The notes below the pieces were generated by a model. That model did no database searches and was not told where the DNA came from. It saw nothing but the letters and a program-made list of their open reading frames with translations. Positions 11,959 to 53,511 of a DNA stretch of 64,000 nucleotides are shown piece by piece. This DNA comes from Hormiphora californensis (lineage: Eukaryota > Animalia > Ctenophora): NCBI GenBank assembly GCA_020137815.1, contig CM035360.1:3472001-3536000 (forward strand), in the 5' to 3' direction. Position 1 is the stretch's first letter, and the number at the start of each line of letters is the position of its first letter. The translations under genes were made by a program, and so were the position numbers.

Positions 11959-12756
11959 TTTTAAATGTTTTCAGTGTGTGTTTGTGTGTTTAGGACTTTA
12001 GGTATAGTTATGTGTTGTGTGTGTGTTGTGTGTGTGTTTCAGTTTGTCGAGATTTGAGAATGTACAAAAGATGATGACGTGTTGACTACTATTTTATTAT
12101 TTTAATCTCGAACTCCTTGGTTTGATTTATATGACTTCATCGGGTGCAAAACTAGCCACCGTGGTGCATATGGAGAGATGACCGGAGAGAAATATAGTAA
12201 AGGAGAGAGAGGGGAGCTAGAGAGAAAGGGGAGAAAACGTAGTGTTTATTCCGTTAGAAAGGTCGTTGACAGGATGTACAACTTCTCTCTCTCTCCACCC
12301 GCCACCCTGAGCTACTACGCCCTGTGTGTCACCCTGTACATTTTGGCAAAAAGAACACGGCGCGGCCCCCGATTGATCTCGGTGAATGAAAAGGAAACAA
12401 CCGTCAGCCACTGCGCGTACGACTCGTGGTTAAGACACACCGAGGTTGAGATCGCGCGTTGTGATTTCATCAACAACCAAGTCGCGCAATCTGGAGAAAC
12501 GCAGGATCTGGACGGTCGTGTGGCAAGTGCTGACGGTTCCCATTTTGTGGGAATGGCGCCCGCGCGTTACTCACAGCTTAGCATTTCAGCCGGCAGAACG
12601 GGCAAATTGAGGACGGGCGAATACGGCCGATAGCTTAGCAGTTAGCAGTTCTAATTTCTGACCATGAGCATGACTGCCGATAATTTGAAATTCATGTGTT
12701 ACTAAATAATTAACTCGGGTATTCTTTAGCACCACTTTAAAACGAGCGAAATAAAA

Positions 12757-13815
12757 CTACAAATCAACTCTCCATAGTCCATCATTTAGATAATGTACAT
12801 TATCAATTCCCACACCCTTGTTTATACTTTTAATCTCTTCAGTCGCCATTTTTGTCTGGCCGATTGCCAACGCGTGCTCTTTTCCTTCTGCGTATATACT
12901 GACCTGATGAGAGAAAGAGTGTTGCGGGATTGAGATGTTATGATCCTTTACGCGGAGACAGAGAGGGTTTAGTTTAGAATTACGAAAAGATTGTTAAGTA
13001 CGCAATTCAGATTTCTTTGCACTACTTACCGGTACATCGTTTATCAGGGCGTCCTCCAGGTCAGGTAGTTTCGCTCCAGGACTAGTCAACCCCGGGCACA
13101 TTATGTGGGCACCACTCAACACAAACTTAATGGCACCTTTATCTACCTGGACCTGGGATAGAGGGAGAAATGTTTGAGTCATGGCACCGATAACAGACCA
13201 ATATCTAGCGGTGACGGTGTCGACCTGAATTGATCATTGCATTGATCCTCAGACCTCCATATTCACGATTATCCCACTCACCCTTGATCGACCGCTCGCT
13301 CTGTCATTTTATGAAACAAAATGCGGTGTGAGCCACACAAGATCTCACCCTAGGAAGAATTGTAGGATACATGTGAAGAAGACGAAGGGTGGGGTAGTAT
13401 GGACCATCTCGCTTTCGGAAAAAGAGGGGTTCTGTTTCCGTTGAAATTAACTCAATGTGCTCCTGACATTTCACGATTTTGAGGATCGACTTTTTGGGAA
13501 GGATCTCTGTTATATATTCCTGGAAGAAGGAAGGATAGTTAGATTTGAAAAAGAAAAGGTCCGATCAATTTACTCTGAAGTCTGAAGTTGTTATTTTCTA
13601 ACCCTCCTTTACCATACGTGGGCCGCTATCTAGGATTGATAAAAAACATCATAATACAATCAACAAACCGAATGTTAAAACTTAAAACTCGTTCTGTAAA
13701 GTACCTGAATATTAGGATACGTCTCAATGAGTTTGTTTCTGAAAGCTCTCTGTACAGAGTTTTTCATCTGATTTGAACCCACAATGCACTCCTTCGCTTC
13801 AAATTTCTTAAACAT
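12757..13815 (-). CDS. MCTS1: Malignant T-cell-amplified sequence 1 / Tma20 (PUA-domain re-initiation factor), 183 aa
   Basis: Exons 13705-13815, 13349-13519, 13030-13152, 12757-12903 in frame; [47 protein letters not shown]. Confidence 0.96.
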
Positions 13816-13995
13816 TTCGCCTAGTTAGGAGAGTTCGTTGTGAAACAGGGGTCAAGGATTGTGTTCAAGTCGATGTATGTACTATTGAGGGAATCGGGGA
13901 GGATCAGGAACAACAAAATCATATGAAAGTGATGTAAAAATTAATAACTTAACACAAACATTTCTCTCTCAAACGGCCGATATATAAAAAGAGTC

Positions 13996-16900
13996 TCAAT
14001 GTTTGATCAACCCAGTCTTGGATATCCCTCCCCTTGCTCCGCGTAACAGAAAATGGGATATCCGATTTGTTAGTTCTCCGTTTTCCCTCTCAAACGCTGC
14101 TTCTATTTCCTGTAAAGAGAGTGTGGAAATTATTAAAACTATTCAATTTATGGAATGTATTCCCATTTCTTATGAGAGCGAGAATGTACACAAACACATT
14201 TATCATAGTAAAACAAATATCTCATAGTTTCTCATATCTCTTCTATGAAACTATAAATATCTTCATGATTTCACACTTCATAGTACCACACTTTACCTCA
14301 AAAGATGGCACATATTTCAGATCCCCGAACGCCCCGACGGAAGGCTTGTTTTTCAGCATCTTCATCACGATTTCCGAGATTTGTTGTGGTGTCACGGAAT
14401 CGATCATTGCACATAGCTCTGGTGCTGTTTTCCGCTGTCCCGATGCTACAACTTGCCTGATGACATTGTATTAGAATATGGGCAACACAAACTTATAATC
14501 AACTTACTCTAAAAAGAGAGAAACTACAGTCAAACCAAAACCCCACCCCTCCGGAAACCAACCTTCCAATATCCTCAAGAATGATGTTCCTGTACTCCAA
14601 ATTCATCAGAAGAGTACTCTTCAGTTGAGTCTTAGCCCTCTCTAGTTCTCCGTGGTTAATTCCCTGGCCCATTTCCTTGAATTGTTTTATCAACACTTGC
14701 ACTAAATCCCAGCCCTACAGGGAGGGGAATTGGATTACTTTCAAATAATTTAAGATCTCAATGGGATACTAACTTGAATTATGTCCACAGGACTCCAATT
14801 TAGCGAGCACCCCGATTTACCGGGCAAGGCACTTTCTACCGAGCATCCCGGTAAATCGGGGTTCGAGTGCCAAGTGTATTTACGTACGTGGTTTGGGTGG
14901 GAGCTGCCATTGATGGTAAACAGACCCGTTTCTTGATATGGGTGGTTTAGTGCCAGGGCACTGTAAACCCAGTGGTACCTGTTTAGGACCTGAATAAGAA
15001 AGGGGGAGATGTATTTTAGGTAATTAAACAGACAGAATTTAAATTGTTATTTTCTAACCCTCCTTTATATTTGGGAGGGTCAAACAAGGCAAAATCCAAC
15101 ACAGATGTAAACTATAACACTGGTTAAGCATGAAATTAATATAATGAAACGGATATATATTACCTGGAGATAGAGCCTGGTGTACATGCCCTTGCCAGGT
15201 CCTCCAGCAGAGAAAGACCCTCCTCCTCCCATTAGGGTGTTGAGAACACAAAACTTCACATACTCATCCGCCTGAAGGAAGGGATGTTAGCAAAATAAGT
15301 GGGGTGAATGGTGATATTAGGAGATTAGGGGGTTGGTAATATTAGGAAACATCAACAACAAAGAAGTGACACATATTTTTCACTGTTGATTTATTAATAA
15401 AATGTGATCCATTATTGAAAGGACACCGTGAGATACCTGATGGGAGGAGCTCTCGAAGCCGATAGCCACGTGGGTGAGGGTAGGTAGTTCCTGAGGGCCA
15501 ATCATGGGTGGTGGGGCGTCATCATGCTTATAGCAGTGACCTCCCGTATACTGCACAATCGGAGATGGGCCACCTAGAAACAGAGAAGTGTAGAAACGAA
15601 AGTATTTCTCAGTTTTTGTAATTTGGTAACCTTGTCCAGACTCTCTGAATGCTATAATTTCTACAGATTATTATCATGCGGCGCACTTAAAACAATTATC
15701 CGAAACTTATCCTGTGTATTAGGTAGCTAGTATATTTATTAGAATATATCTCCCATTACCTTCAGTAAGGTGAGTTGGAAAGTATTTGGCTCCACATTTC
15801 ACCAGTTCCTCGTGATCCACACCGACACCACACAGCACCATTTTAGAGGGCCGGAAGTTGTCTGAGTGGAAGCTGAAAACAAATTTATGATTTGTTTTGT
15901 TTGGGTATATACACCAGTATATTTGACAAAATCAGGAGTCAGATCTGTATTTGATCTACCGCTTTTTTATGAAATAAAATGCGGTGTGAGCACTGAGCAC
16001 ACAAATAAAATCTGCTATAAAATCTAAATGTTAGCATGCACCGGCATACAGTTATAGTGTCACTCTTACCTCAATATATCTCCTCTGTTTATGCTCATTA
16101 GATTCTCAACTGGGCAAATCTTGAAATTACCGACAGTGTTACCCCCATAGGCTGCATGATGGACGCAGTCGGTCACTATGGGTTCTTGATCAGCCCCCAA
16201 CTTGAACATCTCAATTTCACACGCTATACTCTCCCTCGCCTCCTCGATCTCTCCCTCCGAAAACCGGGAGTGTAACAGGGCCTGATTTAGGGGATTGAAG
16301 ATGAAATAATGTCATTCTTTTTACAGTAAATATAGCCCAATTTACGAGGATAGAAGATGGGAGTTTGTAAGAAGTAAGTAGCATATGTTAGCACGGGAAC
16401 GATCAAAAAACAAGTTAGTTTCTCATACCAAGTAGTTACTAGCTGCTGCAGTTACCTGAGACAACACGTCAGTAGCAGTATCCAACCCATCAGAAAGACA
16501 GGAAACTGAGTAAACTGCAACATCCCGGAAATGAAGAGCCTCGGTTATACCGCCGTAGGGTTCCAGAGCTGAAGCCACATGATCAGAGGACTCAAACTTG
16601 GCAGTGCTGCCAAAACTCAGCTTTTCCAGGAAGTGTGCAACACCAGCTTTGTGATTGTTTTCGTTCCTGTAGAGTGATTATTTGATTAGAGGTTTGATTT
16701 GAGGTAAAATTGTATTTAAAGCTAAAGCTTTGCGTACCTTACTAAACTGTTTTATGAATGTTCAATAAATCAACTTTACTATTTCCTACCTTGCCCCACT
16801 CTCAAGAACAACCCCAACACTGCTCATGCCTCCTGACTGTGGTACTGAAGCTACCCGTAGCCCGCTAGGTAGGGTCGTAACTTGTGTTTCATTTCCAATG

Positions 16901-17037
16901 CTACCAGTTGCAAACTTCTTCCCTAGTTCTTGGGCACCGGAGGAGAATGCTTCATTGAGTGGCGGGTGTCCCGTCACACCCGGTCCTCGGGTAGCGAGGG
17001 AGCTGAAGGATCTTGCAGCTAGACTCCAGCTGCGCAT
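13996..17037 (-). CDS. PMPCA: Mitochondrial-processing peptidase alpha subunit (10 exons)
   Basis: Exons 16790-17037, 16456-16666, 16070-16281, 15760-15872, 15437-15573, 15164-15271, 14888-14989, 14563-14714, 14297-14456, 13996-14109. R/S-rich presequence, HFLEKL, glycine loop [33 protein letters not shown]. Confidence 0.95.
14788..14868. mobile_element. Short mariner/pogo-type MITE remnant in a PMPCA intron
   Basis: Inverted ACCCCGATTTACCGGG / CCCGGTAAATCGGGGT. Confidence 0.55.
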
Positions 17038-19027
17038 TCCTAGCTAAAATAATATATAGGAGGTTAACCATGGCTGATGGCATACTTTTCAGTTGTGTCC
17101 TTCGTCAGATCAAAAAATGAGAATTATTTTTAAAGGAATTATCTAGTCGAGTCACCATGGATTACAGTATGTATCCTACTGGGTCCTAAGAGGGTCTCTA
17201 CCTCTCAATTTCAGGCACTTCATTACAGAGTCCACACCACGCGGCCAGGCCAGGGACTATAGTCTGATTCAAATGCCCAGCTCGCAGGCCGCAGCTTCTG
17301 AAATTTTCCCTGGACCCCAAAGCGCATGAGCGGGATACAATACTGAGTCGGTTTACACATGATGGATACGTCGGATAACCTTCTTTTTGCCATTCTCATA
17401 ATCTTTCAGTCCAAAATTTCCATTTTGGATTTTGTAATTTTTGAAACGGGACCCTTTTTGGAATTTTTAATTTTCAAACTTGATATAAGCATTTCAAGCG
17501 CGCGCTTCGCGCGTAAATCTCTTATATGGCAATGTATTTGTTTTAATTCGGCGCTTTACGTTAATAAATAATGTTTATCTCTATTATAATTTGGAGATGA
17601 ACGACGTCGAAGTGGTGGTCGTTCGTTAGGCGGTATCTACGCGACAGACTGCTCCTTCATAAAAACTTGCAATGTGCCCAAAGCTGTGAAGCAGTGGTGA
17701 AATTACGTAACTACGGAAGCTAAGATGGAAGTAGCGCCGCGCACACACAGATGCTGCTCACAACGATTGCTTTAACTTCTACTTCCGCCGCGCGCGTTCA
17801 TGACATGACCAATTCGTCACATCATTTTGTTCATTTTGCTATGGGCACTGATTTAGTTGTTTTGGGTCCTCTTGATGTGTGCTCAATGCTCCTGCTATCC
17901 GATCACATTTCATCTCATCAGAACCCCAGCCCTGTCAGTGTCACATATCTCATCAGCTCTGTACACTGCACAGTGTGACACTGCACACTGCACACTGCAC
18001 AGTGTCACATGTTTAAATTACCACACCCATTCTAAATCAGATGGCAAACCCAAAGCGTTATGTTCACCCGGCCCTCTTTTGTGAGCAGTTGTTTTTACTT
18101 TGCTGGCAGTTTGTGATCATTTCGGAACATAATTTAGCAATTCAGTCTCCATAGTTACCGATTTAGTTACCATGGCAACCATTGAATTGGTGACATATAT
18201 GTGGGAAAAAGAGGGCCACTCGCCGCAGCCGGGTGGTTTATCAAAAAGCCCTTATTTGGGGCGCACCCAATGGGTGCGCTAGTTAAATATAGATTCTGCG
18301 AATGCGATTTCCATAGAAACTTGATTCAGACAAAAACATTTGTATCGCTAAGGAAAAAATTGTAACATTCTTATACGACAATAAATAATCCTTTCAGTTT
18401 CTCGGAAATGAACTTGTTCTTTTTCAACTTCAAGAAACAAATTATTTAAGTTTAACGAGTTGTTTCTTGAAAATGAACAAGCTCATTTCCGAGAAACTTA
18501 AAGAACGAGTTGTTCAACAAAGAAGAGAGTGGAACTCTGCAGGGTTTGAACAAAACAACAAGAATCGTGATATAATTTCACTTTCAGTCAAAACAGAATG
18601 AGCCACTGGACTGAATAATTCAGCTTCCTGCTTCAAGAACTAAAAGATCTTTCGTTCAGCTTGATCCCTTTCCAGATACATCTTTCGGCCGCTTTGCCAT
18701 ATACAAACAGTTTTAAACCTTCACTATCAAAATCCATATCAGAACCAGAAAGTCTTTGTAAAAACAGAAATACAAACACTCGACGCTTTGGCAAACTGCC
18801 ACATTTGGCAGCTGTAAAATCATGCCCACTCTGAGATATATAAAAAAACAGTTCGTACAAAAATAATGATCGTGGGTTTAGCAATATTATTAGAAACACA
18901 ACAAAAAACAAAGTCTGGTAAAGTTTTTCCAGCTCGCACCAGCCACTAAACTCCTCATAAATTATAATCAAAAAGAAAGGGTCTGGAGCAAGCTAAAAAA
19001 GGTTAAATTGTTCAATACAGGTGTACA

Positions 19028-39578
<20,551 letters not shown>

Positions 39579-39738
39579 GGGATCCTTAAGAAAGGATAAA
39601 AATACATCACGTGTCTGGTGCCTATGACATTTTGCCATCTACGGTATTACGAAGGTTTAGACTTTAGCGCTGCATATTCGGCGTACAGAAGTTGCCCCAA
39701 AAACAAATCATGAAATTAGTTTCATGAATCATGACCAG

Positions 39739-40928
39739 TTAGGCCAGTCATTTTTTGTCATTTTGGGGCCGTTTGGTGAACTGAGACATAACAAAGGTTT
39801 TCCACTTGTATTGTACTCCTATGGGGTCCTAGAAACACCAAAAAAATTGTTCACTCCAACCGAGGTGAAGAAAGTGCCCAAAATGGCCACGCCCTTTTTG
39901 CCTGTATTTTCAGCCTTGACCAAAAATAGCAACTTTGCTTTGGATTGGAGTAGAAACGTAAATGAGGGCACTAAAATGTGTAGAATGAGCAGCAGAATCG
40001 ATTGGTACCAAGCAGAAGTCGTTATCTCATCAGGTTCGAGAGATAATTGGATAATTAGGTATGCGCATAACCGTTTTGAGCCATATGGCTATAGCCGCTC
40101 AGGAGCGGTTTCAGAAATTTTGCTTCACAGGAGCTTGTTCAGCATATAAAAATTAGTGGGGGTAACAAATATGAAGTTTTTATTGCATAAGGTCAATGAG
40201 TTATTCAACTTTAAAGATCGAAAAATGGGGGTAAAAAGTCGAAATTTGGTTCATTTTCCTTCATTTTACCCTCATTTTTCGATCTTTAAAGTTGAATAAC
40301 TCATTGACCTTATGCGATAAAAACTTCATATTTATTACCCCCACTAATTTTTATATGCTGAACAAGCTCCTGTGAAGCAAAATTTCTGAAACCGCTCCTG
40401 AGCGGCTATAGCCATATGGAGGCGAGACACTGTGTTGAGACACGCACCATTGCGACGCGCATTGCGACGCGCATTTTGGCTTTGCAACGCGCATTTTGGC
40501 ATTGCGACGCGCACATGCGCGTCGCAAAGCCAAAATGCGTGTCGCAATGCGCGTCGCAATGGTGCGCGTCTCAACACAGTGTCTCGCCTCCATGGCTCAA
40601 AAACGGTTATGCGCATACCTAATTATCCAATTATCTCTCGAACCTGATGAGATAACGACTTCTGCTTGGTACCAATCGATTCTGCTGCTCATTCTACACA
40701 TTTTAGTGCCCTCATTTACGTTTCTACTCCAATCCAAAGCAAAGTTGCTATTTTTGGTCAAGGCTGAAAATACAGGCAAAAAGGGCGTGGCCATTTTGGG
40801 CACTTTCTTCACCTCGGTTGGAGTGAACAATTTTTTTGGTGTTTCTAGGACCCCATAGGAGTACAATACAAGTGGAAAACCTTTGTTATGTCTCAGTTCA
40901 CCAATTAAGCAAAAAGTGACTGGCCTAA
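39739..40928. mobile_element. ~1-kb palindromic foldback MITE
   Basis: Near-perfect inverted arms from 39775 to 40902, centre ~40245; shares internal blocks with 61704-62707. Confidence 0.88.
40418..40591. mobile_element. 174-bp palindromic MITE nested in the right arm, AT TSD
   Basis: TIR GGAGGCGAGACACTGTGTTGAGA; absent from the left arm, which gives the empty site ccatATggctc. Confidence 0.85.
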
Positions 40929-40942
40929 GTGGCGGCTTTAGG

Positions 40943-41652
40943 ACTGTCTGACGGCACCGGCCCGATCTGAGCACACTGAGAGTCAAAACGGGGTCATATT
41001 AATCTGCTTTGAATGTTTCTAAGATTCAAACTCTGTCGGCTAGAGTCGGTTTATCGGGATTATGGTCCGAAATTGCAATCAACATGCCGGGATAGATTTA
41101 AAAACTGTTTATCTGAGGTAGTAGCGAAGCTAGATTGTATCGAGTAGACAATTTTCAGTTTAGAAACTGGGGAAAACATCAGAATTTCAATTTCAAATTC
41201 TGAATTTTCAATTTGTAAAAATTGAAGCGCGAGCGTATTTTTTAAAACCTGGAAATAAAAACTGAAACAAAATTATCGCGCGGCTTAAAGTTTGGCAGCG
41301 TGTTATGAAACTTTTCGCGCGCTTCATTTTGCCCGCAATTTTGCGTCTTATAGGCCGTGAGGGGTTTTTTAATTTTTTTAAAGTTATATTTTTTAACTTT
41401 TAAACTTAAAAAAGTTTTTCAAAAACTGTCCTCTGTCTCGACGAAGTGGTTAAGTCGCACACTTTTTGGCACAATATACATATTCGATCTTTTTGTCTCC
41501 AACCAATTCTCATAATCTCTGCCCTCTGACTCGTCTTGTACGGGTCGCAATCCAGTGCCCGCCTCACTTCTGTCTGACGGTACGGCGTCAGACCCTGTTT
41601 TGATTCTCAAAATGGACAGTGCACTAAGATTGGGTCGCCACCGCCAGACAGG
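40943..41652. mobile_element. Degenerate TIR element; related ~65-bp copy at 60896-60960
   Basis: CTGTCTGACGGCACCGGCCCGATCTGAGCACACTG..AAAACGGGGTC vs GACCCTGTTTTGATTCTC..CAGTGCACTAAGATTGGGTCG..CCAGACAG. Confidence 0.5.
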
Positions 41653-41717
41653 TTCCGTCGCATTACGGTATCGGTCCATCATAAAAATATTAAATGTTAA
41701 TGTTTCTGTATCTAGCG

Positions 41718-49397
<7,680 letters not shown>

Positions 49398-50250
49398 AAG
49401 TGATGATGAAAAAGAAGATGATGATCAAAGAACTGAGGGATATCATGATCGGAAAATATTCGATGTGTACCGGACAATATTCTATGTGTACCATGAGTTG
49501 GGACCTTCCATTATAGTTGTGAAATTATATGTGTTAGTGCGACGTTGTTTCACGCGATTTGAAGGAGGATAGAGCTAATGTTCGATAATATTTTTGTATG
49601 GTGTGCCATCTTGTAGGAATATATCTGAGAGAAATGTAGGTTGCTCCGTTGCTAAATAGTTGATAGCACATATTGGCCTCCCACCCACGACGAGAAAATT
49701 TCGGAAACTCCCTTTATCATTCTATCCTACTCTTCTTTCTCAATAACGCCCCCCGCCATATAATAATCACGAGACAGGAAGTAGCTTCCTAGTTAAATTG
49801 TTATCCCATTTCCGTGCTGTTAAAACTCACATGCTATATAACCGTTCTTCTCCTCGTTAAATTTCACGAATACCATGAAGCGAAGCCCCTCTTTATCTAA
49901 TAAACTCTCACCCAACGAATAATATAAAGTGAAAACCGAGTGATAGCTTTTACCATTAATTCATGTCCTCATTTGTTAAAACCCGGGAGAGGGAGGTAGA
50001 TAGCCTGAACAAGTATGATGACAGAGCTCAGTAAGGAGCCCTAAATAAATCTGCCTTGTTCAACCCTCTCTTTTTAAAAGAAGGTTTAACAACAACAACC
50101 GGATATTTCGATAGTATATTCCCCCATCACACTTTGCTTATTGTTTGTTTAGGGAGGTATGTGTGTGAGTAGGTGTGGCATGCACATTGGTTAGTGATGT
50201 AACACACATAGCAGTATATATATGAGTAAAAATCCTTCTCTCTCTGTCTA

Positions 50251-50381
<131 letters not shown>

Positions 50382-50453
50382 TCTCTCCCTTTCTCCATCT
50401 CTCTCTCTTTCTCACTCTCTCTCCCTCTCTCTCCCTCTCTCAATCTAGATAAT

Positions 50454-51447
50454 CACTGCGCTGGCAAGCGCAAAGGTGACCATCCCCTCCCCCAGCCGCG
50501 CGTGCCAGAATGCAGTAATAACTTTTTTCAGTTTTTAGCCAAAAATGGCATTTTGCGACGCCCATAGCGAGGCCCCCACTGCACCAATCAGTCTGAAATT
50601 TGGTATACAGTGTCCCATAGTCTAGATCTAATGTAGTTTAAAAGGGCAAGTCTCTATCTCTTTTAGTTTTAGAGATATGGCATCGTGAAAAAAGCAATAA
50701 GTGTCCCGGGTCTATCTATGTATCTATCTATCTATCTATGTATGGATAGACGCTATTTTACCAAATTTATAATCGTTTTTGAGAGAAAACGACATAAGAT
50801 AGACACTTCTCGTTTGTTGCATTCGAAAGATAATCGTTTGAATTGTGTAGACGAATAGTTTTCATGTTCTAGGTCCAATCAGAACGTCTTGACAAACTGT
50901 CATAAAGATAAGACATTTTTCAAACCAACCAAATTTCTTTGAGCTCAATTTACACCCTGAAGACGGCTTCTGATTGAAAAACGGAGACCACACTTATGAA
51001 AGATAATCGTCTAAACTTTCAGAAACTATATCGCGAATTTGTGAAACTCTATTTCTAAGGGTCTCAAATCGCGTCTGAAGTGTTAAGACTGTATGAAAAT
51101 AGATATGACGATAGTGCATGTTTCGCCATAGCGACCTCAAATCTTGTCCAATCGATCTCAAACTTGGTCAACCTCTTTATCTAGATGAACCTGATAATAA
51201 TACTTCCCTATCATGACTTAATAACGTCGTGACGTCACGTTATGACGTCACAATGACGTCAAAATAGAAATGTTCTTATTTTAGCGATTCCTGACGGTCT
51301 TTACACGTTATGCTACTTCCAGTCATGTCTTACATTGTATTTCACATCAGAAAATTCCAAAAATATACCCCAATTATGCCAAAAACTAACAGAAATTAGT
51401 TGGCTGGAAAGGTGACCACTTTTGTTGTCAAACTGACACCTTTGCCC
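50454..51447. mobile_element. Possible Helentron-associated (DINE-1/HINE-like) non-autonomous element
   Basis: Small hairpin GCGC-TGGCAA-GCGC plus AAAGGTGAC at one end; AAAGGTGACCA..GACACCTTTGC inverted pair at the other; internal (TATC)n microsatellite. Confidence 0.45.
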
Positions 51448-53221
51448 GGCCCGGGTTACGGATATCATCGATGGGGTAAATCAGGGGGTAAATTAGGGGG
51501 TTTGAGAAGAGAGATAGAGAGAGAGAGAAAGAGAGATAAAGAGAGAGATAGAAATTAGAGAGGGAAAGATAATGATGAAACCCGGAGAGGGCAAAGGTGT
51601 CAGTTTGACAACAAAAGTGGTCACCTTTCCAGCCAACTAATTTCTGTTAGTTTTTGGCATAATAGACGATAGCTGTTAACTGTTATTGAGAAAGTTAATG
51701 GAAATATGGAAGATATTATGCTCACGTCTCATTTGTATTTTCCATACGCCCATCTAACGTAATTTTATGTGAATTAATTATGATACTATCCAATTAACAC
51801 GTGAGGCAGAAATAACGAGAAAATGAGGTTATTATTAAAAAGTACTAGGTATATGAGGGAGAGCGGTGTTTTATTTTTATTTGTTGTTTTTTTGTACCCC
51901 ATATCATGACACTGTGTTAATCACATTTCTTTTGTTTCGCTCACTGAATTGATTTTAACAACCCTTTAACAATGATGTCCTTGATTCTATTTCTACAGAT
52001 TGACCTAACAAATCAAATGTTGAGTAATAACAACAGCAATGCTTGTCGGTAATACCCCTATCATAACCGTATGCTGAAAGAGCTACGCCTAGCTGCTGCC
52101 AGAGCATTGGCCTGACCCATTCTCGTTTCTCTCGGAGCGCGCGAGAACTGTGATCAGAGCATTGGCCTGACAGCCTAGCTGCGACTGCAATTGCAGGGTG
52201 CAGCTCGTCTGGAAAAGGCCACATGTCTCTCATTCGAACCACGTTTCATAACAATTGCTGTCTCCTCAAGTCGTCAGCTTCACCCATTAAAAACTAGTGA
52301 TAGTGGAGAAAACCAAATGATATGAATCCGTCACATTATTATGTGAAACGAAATGCTGCAGTCCCGACTTCGTGAGGGATTCTCGATCGTGTGGCTTCTC
52401 TCCAAGCATTCAATTTAAATGTGACTTATATGGTTGTACTATGTAACTATCCGTCAGAAGTTTCGAAGTAGAGAATGATATATGTCGAAATAACGGGGAT
52501 TCTTAGAAAACTGAAATGAGCTGACAAGTTTTATCTCAATCTCATTAAAATGGCTGATGAATCCCATGATCGGACCAATCGCATTAATTAATCTGTCACG
52601 TCCCGCGTTCGATAAGTTTAAGTTATCGAATACAGGACTTATCGGATAAGTTTTATTCAGTATCGGATAGGTTTTATTCAGTTTTATTCATTATTGGGTC
52701 GCACTCCCATCGCCAGACAGCTCGCACTTCAACATATTATATTGTCCATATCCTAGTCAAATATTGCCTTGCTCGACACTCTCTCAAGTTGTTGAGTACC
52801 TACTCCTCACTCGACAACTCTCAAAGATTGTTGAGTAACATTTAACAACTCAAAGAGGGTCAGAACATACAGGTCTAGTATAATGGTCTACTACTTCTAT
52901 ATCTATACTACTTCTAGAATGATCTATATAGTAGGCTATTAGATATGCATTTGTCGCCCTCGCAGCTCTAAGGATTCGTACACAATTGAATGCTCCGCTA
53001 AATAGAATCTCTCTCGACCATGCAGTTTTACTTACTTAGCACTTCCCCTTTGAAAGATGATCACTGATCAGAGTTTCAGTTGATCTTACAGTTAAGTGTG
53101 TTTAGGCCAGGAGTAGTGTCGACGCCCCTGTCGACGGCGGCCGTGCGGCTCTCGCAAATACAGTGTAAGCCACACAAACATTGCAGCTTGCTCTCACCAG
53201 TCACCACGCCCCGCACATAAC

Positions 53222-53446
53222 AAGTTCCACACACATCACCCTTCTTCTGGCCTGCCCCCGGAAATGGGGCAAATATACAACCTGTAGTCCCGGGCTGTGT
53301 ATTGTGTACACACGACACGGTGGAGAGTTCTATCATAGAACTCTCCACCGTGTCGTGTGTACACAATACACAGCCCGGGACTACAGGTTGTATATTTGCC
53401 CCATTTCCGGGGGCAGGCCAGAAGAAGGGTGATGTGTGTGGAACTT
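53222..53446. repeat. Perfect 225-bp palindrome (112-bp arms, 1-nt spacer)
   Basis: AAGTTCCACACACATCACCC...GAGTTCTAT-C-ATAGAACTC...GGGTGATGTGTGTGGAACTT. Confidence 0.95.
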
Positions 53447-53480
53447 CTATGGCAGGTCCGCTCCTCTCTCTCTCGCTCTT

Positions 53481-53511
<31 letters not shown>

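Noticed and set aside
12178-12633. 151-aa ORF / GC-rich patch between PYCR and MCTS1
   Set aside because: No recognisable domain, splice structure or RNA-gene signature.
39724-40986. Duplicated ORFs on opposite strands (also 4097/4477 and 53076-53634)
   Set aside because: By-products of palindromic DNA; no protein motifs.
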